NCBI GenBank assembly: GCA_002104945.1
Contig: MCFH01000035.1
Coordinates: 434,001-498,000 of the forward strand
Origin: Piromyces finnis finn
Taxonomy: Eukaryota; Fungi; Neocallimastigomycota
Length of the DNA stretch: 64,000 nucleotides
Direction: 5' to 3'
The notes under the pieces were generated by a model that was not told the DNA's origin, ran no database searches, and saw only the letters and a program-made list of their open reading frames with translations. The position numbers and the translations under genes are program-made. Shown here in pieces: positions 55,770-64,000 of the stretch (the stretch's first letter is position 1; the number at the start of each line of letters is the position of its first letter).

Positions 55770-58700
55770 TTAAATATTTTGTAAATATTTTACTTTTGAT
55801 CTAATATTAATATACATTATATTACCACGATCTGTAATTTCATAAAACCTAGTACAAACTCGATAAAAATCAATTGACTTTCGAATTAAAGATTTAAAAT
55901 GTTCATTGGTCATATTTAATTTACATCCACAACACTTAGATTTATGAATAAGACATTGTTCATGCTGTTGAAATATAAAATAGGTATAGGCTTCATTTCC
56001 TTGTCTATTTAGAATATAATATACTTTATCCCATGAAAAAGTGATAAAAATAATGAAATATCCAATAGAGTTGAGTATTGTTTCCACATATATTTTCTCC
56101 TTGATATGTTTATCAAACAATGTAATGGCAATAATCTAAATGATATATATATATATTTATACATACATATAAACCATTGAATATATTAAATAATTTTTTT
56201 CTTATACATAAAAGAAATTTATATAAATTCATAGTTACATTTATTATTGGTCCAAAAATTAGTCCTACCCAGGCAGAGTAAGTAGTATAGATGCTACTTT
56301 TGAAAATACCATTAAATGACAATAATGAATTTCCCTTGAGAAGAATAATAAATAATATAACAATTTCAATGGCATTATATATAATGCTGTTACTCTCATT
56401 TATACATTTATAAAACCACAGTTTACTATGACTATCCTGGATTTCCATTAAATTATTATGTCTACCAACAAGACTGGATGAAAATAGAAGAATAAAATAT
56501 ACTATATAGATAAAGATCATTTCAAAAAATAGTATTTTTATTTTCTTAATTTTCTTGATTACATTCTCATTAATATTCCCATCATTAATATATTCTATAT
56601 CCGATAAACCTGATTTATCTTTTGTTCTGCTTAATTGAACGGATTGAATAGAACTAAGAATAGATTTAGTATCATTTCCTGTTTTGGATTGGGATTCTTC
56701 ATTAATAACAATATTACTAATACGAAGTGGTTTAGGATTATTTTGGGAGGTATCACTAATCATTTTTATTAACCGATTATTTTTAATATTGTTCATGATG
56801 GATGATGATATATCACTATGAACTCGGTTTAAACCATTAATAGGAGAAACTACAATACTACTGTTATTCTTATTAATGATTGGGGATTGATTTTGTCTTA
56901 GAGGATTATCTGACATACTTCTATACCTAGTTTTTGCATTAGGTTTACTCTCAAATTGAATTTCATTATCTTGTTGTTGTTGATCATAATCACTACAACT
57001 ATCCTCATCAACAATTTCACGGTGACTTTTTGGTTTAGGTCTTACCCCCAATTCAAAATTCGTAATATTAATAAGGTATAAAATGAGAAGAGATAATGAA
57101 AATCCAATATGTTTACAGATAACTTTTAATAAACATCCATTTTGAGTGGTATATACATTAAATGTATTACTAATGAAACAAAAGAGAAAACCAACAGTAA
57201 AAAGTAATATTTTAATAAAACCTAAATCACAAATAATTCCTTGATTTCTAAATATAATTACAAATAAAATATAGAAACTAATGATAATATATATTGGAAT
57301 ATGAGAATAATTGATGATTTTTCCTATCAAACTTTTTCATTTCATTTTATTTTAAATGTTTTTTTTTATAAAATGTTTTTTTTTTAAAAAAAAATTATAA
57401 TAATAATAATAAAAATTAATGTTATTTTGATAATAATAAAGCTTAATTATTCATTCTATACACATATATATATATTACCTTATATCAACCATTATTTTGG
57501 TGTTGCAATTTGTTTCTTTCCATCCATCTAAACATTTGCATATATTTTTAGTCGGATCGTTTTCTATGGTGTTATTAGAAGGTGGTATACATATGGCGGA
57601 TTGTTGTATAGGACAAGAATCCATACATATTGGTGTTTCACAGTATGTAATATTTTTTAAAGTGTCAATTCTTTTAATTTCATTGTTATTACATTCTTTT
57701 ATTTCAATTTCAATATCAGAGAATTTTAATTCGATTTTATCCTTATATCCTTCTATAGACAATCTTAATAAATAGGTATCAGGATTAGCATAGATACGTA
57801 AATTATTAAAATTACATTTTCCTAAAGAATTGTTTTCAGTAAAATTAATAGAATATATATATATATATTATTTTATATATATTAAATATAATAATTAATA
57901 TCATTTATTTCATAATATATATTTCATCTTCATCATCATCTTCATCATCATCATCATCATTATTATTATTATTATTATTATTTTTATTAAATTTTACCAG
58001 AAGCAAATGAGGCAATATTTCCGGTTAAATAATAATTTTTTTCATTTCCTAGTATATGTTTTGATTTAAATTTTTTTTCCAGATTAACTTTTAAAATAAT
58101 GTTATTATAATAATTAGTTATATTCATAATATTATCATATTCATCATAAAGAATAAATAACATAGGTAAAAATTTCCAGAAGTAATTCTATTTCCCCATG
58201 TATTGATAGTTGTATTCAGTGAAATATAGGCAGGTTTTGAAGTATAATCATTAATAATGTCATTAGCGGTGTTATCCTTAAACACATTTTCATTATTGTA
58301 TTGTAAATCTAAGATATTATACTCCCTGGAATTTTGAGAATAAATGGCACCACCCAGAATGCCTGATTTATTATGTTTAAATATATTATTTTTTGAATGA
58401 GATATGGAAGAAATAGTAGTATTAATTCTAGAATAGAGAGCACCACCATAATTTTCTGCCTTATTTTCTTTAAATATATTGTCATTAATAATCATAATAT
58501 AACTCCTATCATTTCTTTTTTCTAATGAGTTATTATTATCATTTATGTATATTGCTCCTCCGTTTACTCCTTCATTTTTTTCAAAAGTATTAGAAGTTAA
58601 ATTCAAATCTAAATTTAATGTGTTGTCGATGCTGTCGATGCATCTAAATTTACAAATATTTATGGATTATTCATTCATTATGTAGAATAATAATAATAAT

Positions 58701-61320
58701 ATATATTATTAATATAATTATAATTTTTTTAATTAGTTAATATATTAATTTTTTTTGTTAAAATTAGGAATAATAATATTATAAATTAATAGAAAAAACT
58801 TTTCTTTATTAAAAAAAAAAAAAAAAAACTCACATTACTCCACCATTACTATCACTTATGTTATTTGAAAAAGTATTGTTTACAATGTTAATATTTAAAT
58901 CATTATTAAAATGCATACATCCACCACATTTATATTTATTACGATTTTTATTTCCATCAAACTTTGAATTTGAAATTGTAATTGAAGTCTATTTGAATAA
59001 GCAATAATTATTATAAATAAAAAAGTATAAAAGTTAATTTCATAAAATGTTTTTTTCTTTTCTTTTTTAATTATATAAAATTATTATCTTTATATTTCAA
59101 ATAAATATTACTGTGTTTGAAGTAATATCAATAATTGGCCCATAAGATAAAATATTGGTTAGATTGGAATCGTTTATAATAATATTATTATGTTGTCCAT
59201 GTATTTTAATAAAGGAACCATTGGTAATACAATTATTGACATTTATATTATTTATATCAATGGTAATTTCATTATTTTCTGACTCAAATAAAAATAAAGA
59301 ACTTTCTCCAAGACATTTAACATTATTTATTTCAATATGATGAAGGTAAATATCTTTATACATGAAATGAAGTAGTGCCTTGGCATTTGTCATAATATTA
59401 TTAAGTTTAATATTATTTAAATAATAAGTTGAATACTCATAAAACAATCCTACCAGTAATCTATTTTTATATATAATTAATAGATATATTGAATTATTAT
59501 TAAATATATTATACATAATAATTATATTATTTACATATATATATTATATTTAATAAACTAATTACTGTAAATTGTTAAATTCTGTGTTAGATATATTAAT
59601 TATTGAGTTTTTAGAATAGGATATAGCAGGGAAATTACTATTTGAAATAATATTACTAAACTTGGAATCAACGATATTAATTTTACAATCACTTCCAGAA
59701 AATATAGTATCATTATCTAAAATAGAAATGTTTAAGATATAAGGAAGTATGATATGTGTTAATAAATTAAAAAAAAAAGTTTTTTTTCTATAATTTTAAA
59801 TAATTTTTGTAAAAAATAAAGTTTATAAAAAGGAAGAAAAAAAAAAGTATAATACTATCGATTAACATTTACTTATAAAAGTTGAATTTCTGATTTTTAT
59901 GTATCCTTGATCATTAAATTTGTTTGTAATGTCAAATAAAAAACCATAAGCTGTATGACAATTGGAAAAAATTGTGTTTTCTATACTTTATAATAGAAAA
60001 ATTATACAAAATGTAAATTAATATTTACACTTTTTTTTTTTTAACTAGCTGATATTTCTAGCTATAATCATCAATTATTGAAAATAATTTTTAGAATTAA
60101 AAATTTAACTATTTACTCTAATATCAAAGTCTTTGCATTAATTAATGGGTATAAACTATTAGCATGAATATCTTCAAATTTTGAATTTTTGATTTCGACA
60201 AAATCATATCCTGAATCAGAATTAATAAAAATTGCAGGATTATATTCATCCGTATCTTTTTGCATTCCTGAAAAATAACCTTTTTTTAATTATATACGTA
60301 ACGATAATTATAATTACAGAAATAGAAAAATATACTTAATATTTTTTTTATATAATTTTATAATTATCAATGTTGTATTAATAATTAATATTACATTCAT
60401 TAAACAATAACTTTGTATGGTCAATATAAAATAAACTATTATTATTTATAAAATTACAATGATCCCATTTTATCATTAAACATTCATAAAGTGTTGGATA
60501 TACAACTTTGTCATGATTATTGATAGCATTAACGATTTTTTCGGTATTATTACTTTATTATTGTTAAATATTGAAATTAATATCACATTAAATAATAGAG
60601 AGGGGTATAGCAAAAAAATAAAATAAGAAAACATAATAATATATAAAATTAAATATATAATTTAATATTATATTATGGAATAGTATTATTTTTTTCAAAA
60701 TGAAATTAAAATAAAAACAAAATGTATATATATGTACAAATTCAAAAAAAATATATATATTACTAAAAATTGCAATTAGTAAAAACAAAAGAAGGGTCAA
60801 GGTGTTTGGTATAAGTGCATGAGACATCAAATTCAAATATATAATAATTATGATTTTGAAATGTGCAATTATCAAATTTCATATATAAATTATTATTATA
60901 ATATGATGTTGCCGTAATTAATGGAGTATAGGTATTTTCAGTGAAATAACTATTAAATATAATATTTCGGAATTGCACAGTTTCTCCTTTTTCATCATAG
61001 AAAAATAACCAACGTTTACATAAAACATTAGAATAATCGAGCATTGTTCCATTCTTACTCCCAACGAATGTAATATTAACATTTACATTGATTTCTATAG
61101 CATATTCCTCTTTAACAATATTTGCCATATCATAATAGTCATCTAGAAAATTTATTATCAGTTCTTTATCATTTTGATTTTCTATGATTGTTTTTTGAAG
61201 GGTATAAAAATTAACATCATTATTCCTAATATTAATGACTATTGATTGAATTCTGTTTACTTTTGTTATAAATATTATAAAAAAATAAAATAAACATATT
61301 GATTGAAATATTTTATTCAT
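55770..61320 (-). CDS. Large receptor: signal peptide + pectin-lyase-like/GGAI-FxxN beta-helix ectodomain + EGF-like module + 7TM (gut-fungal class C-like GPCR family); complement(join(55770..56135,56239..57331,57479..57821,57998..58643,58834..58988,59112..59460,59566..59716,59873..59985,60117..60279,60395..60552,60764..61320)); one 1-nt frameshift near 58168-58172; ~1,364 aa if corrected
   Basis: N-terminal signal MNKIFQSICLFYFFIIFITKVNRIQS. Repeats: FEKNEGVNGGAIY, FKENKAENYGGALY, FKHNKSGILGGAIY. Family-like segments: SKPAYISL, GKCNFNNLRIYANP, and EGF-like CETPICMDSC...CKCLDGWKETNC. Seven TM segments with a Cys at the top of TM3 and WFYKC in ECL2. Ten GT..AG introns are in phase; only exon 8 is one base short. 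Confidence 0.82.
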
Positions 61321-64000
61321 TTTTTATAATGACGACTTTTATGTATTATTTAACTCTAACCATTATATATAATGAATATCAGTGAAAAATGAAATTCTAA
61401 AAAAGTAAAGATTTGTTTTAAATATAAAAATATTTTTTTTATTATACAAAATTACAAAATAAAATCTATTTTTTTTTCTTTTTATTTAAAATTTAATTTC
61501 AATACTTTTTTTATTCCAATGATTTACATTGACTTTATCCTACCCTAACTTTAATTTTTTTCAAAATTTTTAAAAATTTTAATTAAAAAAAAAAAAAAAA
61601 AGAAAAATAGATGTTTTTCTTTTTTACTTTTTTTCTTTTCTTTTCATGATAAAAGAATAAAAAAGCACGTATAATATTTTATATTTTATTTGTATTATTT
61701 ATAAAAGATATAAATTAGACATTGATATATCAATTACACATGGTTCTTTTTAATAAATAAATTTTTTGATTATTAGAGATTAACCCCATTAGAAAAATAG
61801 CATTACTATTCAAACTATCCTTTACTAATTCATTATCATCTTTATCAAATTTTAAAAGGTTATTTTATATATAAAATTTAAGTATGAACTTAAAATTATA
61901 TAATTTGAATTTTAAAATAATTATTTTTTATATCTATATGCACATTTTTTAAAAAAAGTTTTTTTGATATAAAAACATTGAATTATAAATATTAATATAT
62001 CTTTTTTTTTAATTATTAGATTTTTTATAATATTATAAATCAATAATAAATTAGTATTATTGATTAAAGTATTATAATAAAATTACTAATATTTGTATTT
62101 TTTTTATATAGATGTTAATCTAGACGTATAGTAAGCCTTTATGGTATAAAATTTTAAAAAATTTTAGTAAATAAGAATATTTTTTATAATTAGTAAATAA
62201 ATATATCTTTATTGAAAATTTTTAATGTTTTAACAATAAAGTATAAGTGAATTTAATTAAAATGAATAAAAACAAGGAAAGTTTGTTCTACTATATAAAG
62301 TATTCTATGAATTATATTAATGCATTGAAAAAAAAATCAAGGATAAAATAAAAAAACACCCAAATTTACTATTTCTTATAAAGTTTATTGATATTATTAT
62401 ATCAAATAAGTTATTAAAACAACTCATTTTTACATTTTTGGATAATAGTATTTTCATTTCTTTTTCTTCCTGTTTATACTTTAAGTCTAGATTATTTTTT
62501 TTTTTATTATCCAATGAGTGCCATTATTTACTTTTAAACTTAGTTTATTCCATTTATTTTTTCTTTTTTATATTACAAAAATAAATATAATATTTTTTGT
62601 ATACAATACTTTTTCTTTCTATGAATTACTTGATATAGAAAAAAAAAGTGGTCAAAACATTTTATTATTTAGAGATTATTTAGTTATTTAGTAGTCATCT
62701 TTTCCTAATAAAATTTATAGGTAGTGATTTCTACAAAAAAAAAAAATAATGTAATGAAATGTAAAGAATATGTAATTTAAAAAAAATAATTTAAATGTAT
62801 TATCCATATTATCATATTATAATATAATTGGTCGATTAATTATTCTTGAATAAACTAAATATATAGTATTAATAAAAAGGGTTCTTTGTTTTAACAAAGT
62901 TTAGTACAAGATGAGAGTGATATTTACCTTCTTGAGAAGAGAAACTTTGATACATAATGAATAGAGTTTATAATAAAAATTTTATATTATTTAAAATTTT
63001 TAGTTCTTTCAACATAAAAACTAACCCTTTTCATAAAAGAATTCTTTATATAATATATTAGAATATATATATTATAACGTTTTATACCAATCAATCAATA
63101 CTATTAAGGAAATTCTGTATTTTAATTACAAAATTTATATATAAATATTATATATATTATACTTTATTATAAAATATACAAAATGGGAAATGTTTTTTTT
63201 TGCCTTCTATAACGAAGTTAATAATTTACTAAGATACTTAAGGGATTAAGGGATGATATTTTAGAAGTCAAAATAAAAAACAAAAAACAAATTATAAAGT
63301 TTTAATATTGATTCTATCTTACTATAGAATTAGTTTTAATAATTTGTATACTTTAAATTTTAAATTTATTGTGTTGGAACTGTCATTTTTATTTTTCAAA
63401 CACCATTCGTATTTCTGAGTTTTGAAAGATATAGTTTTCTTAACTTTATACTATTATAATATGAATTCATCACCCGACAAATTATACTTTATTATATTTA
63501 ATTTCTAATATGAATATGTAATAGTTATTTGATTCCTTTTTTTTTTTAAAAAAAAAAAATTCTTAATTTATTTTACTTTATTGAAATATATTTATATATT
63601 TCTTTATATTGTAATTATATTGTAATAAATACGATAAAATGAAAAAAAAAAAAAGATATTTTAAAATTTTAGACAATATTAAGATATATAATCATTAAAA
63701 ATAAATAAAAGAAAAAAAAAGGTTTATTATTGTTACTTTATAATTATTTTATAGTAATAATAATTATTAATATTCCATACCATTACCTAATTATGCTGAG
63801 TTTTTGAAAATTAGTTTATGGAGTAATTTTATTTAATATTTATTATTGTTTTTTTATATAGTTTTTATAATATGTTAATAAAAATTAGCACATTTCATAA
63901 TAATGTAAACCTTTTTAAAAGACAATATAAGTTTTTAATAGACAATGCAGTTCAATATAATGTGAATTTATAAAATATATAAGTTTAATTAGGATTCATG

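Noticed and set aside
25356-62514. Short AT-rich track ORFs (25356, 32134, 41218, 45638, 46884, 54067, 54933, 60588, 62317 etc.)
   Set aside because: Their F/K/I/Y composition reflects homopolymers and microsatellites; several start at non-ATG codons or lie in introns or antisense to real genes.
63350-63460. Possible minus-strand terminal exon (YKVKKTISFKTQKYEWCLKNKND...)
   Set aside because: Only ~30 codons, and no upstream exons could be traced within the window.

Overview
Extremely AT-rich eukaryotic genomic DNA with short GT-AG introns, homopolymer-rich intergenic DNA and N/S/K-rich low-complexity proteins. Composition and gene families point to an anaerobic gut fungus (Neocallimastigomycota); this is an inference, not a database result. 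I rebuilt spliced models by hand and checked exon phase at each junction. The window holds eleven protein-coding genes: a TLC-domain membrane protein, a very large (~1,845 aa) Sds3/Dep1-like protein, a six-blade Kelch protein, an Rgd1-like F-BAR/RhoGAP, two tandem intronless paralogous orphan 7TM proteins, an orphan low-complexity ORF, eIF2-beta, an intronless bacterial-type carboxylesterase, a Cys-rich type I membrane protein and a Golgi GDPase (GDA1). A twelfth locus is an 11-exon receptor (beta-helix-like ectodomain + EGF-like module + 7TM) carrying one 1-nt frameshift. The most interesting signals are the orphan 7TM pair (intramembrane charged residues, a conserved SILK-like tail motif), the frameshifted receptor, the high share of AAG splice acceptors (12 of 38 modelled introns) and the likely horizontally acquired esterase. 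I could not support any tRNA, rRNA, CRISPR array or intact mobile element.
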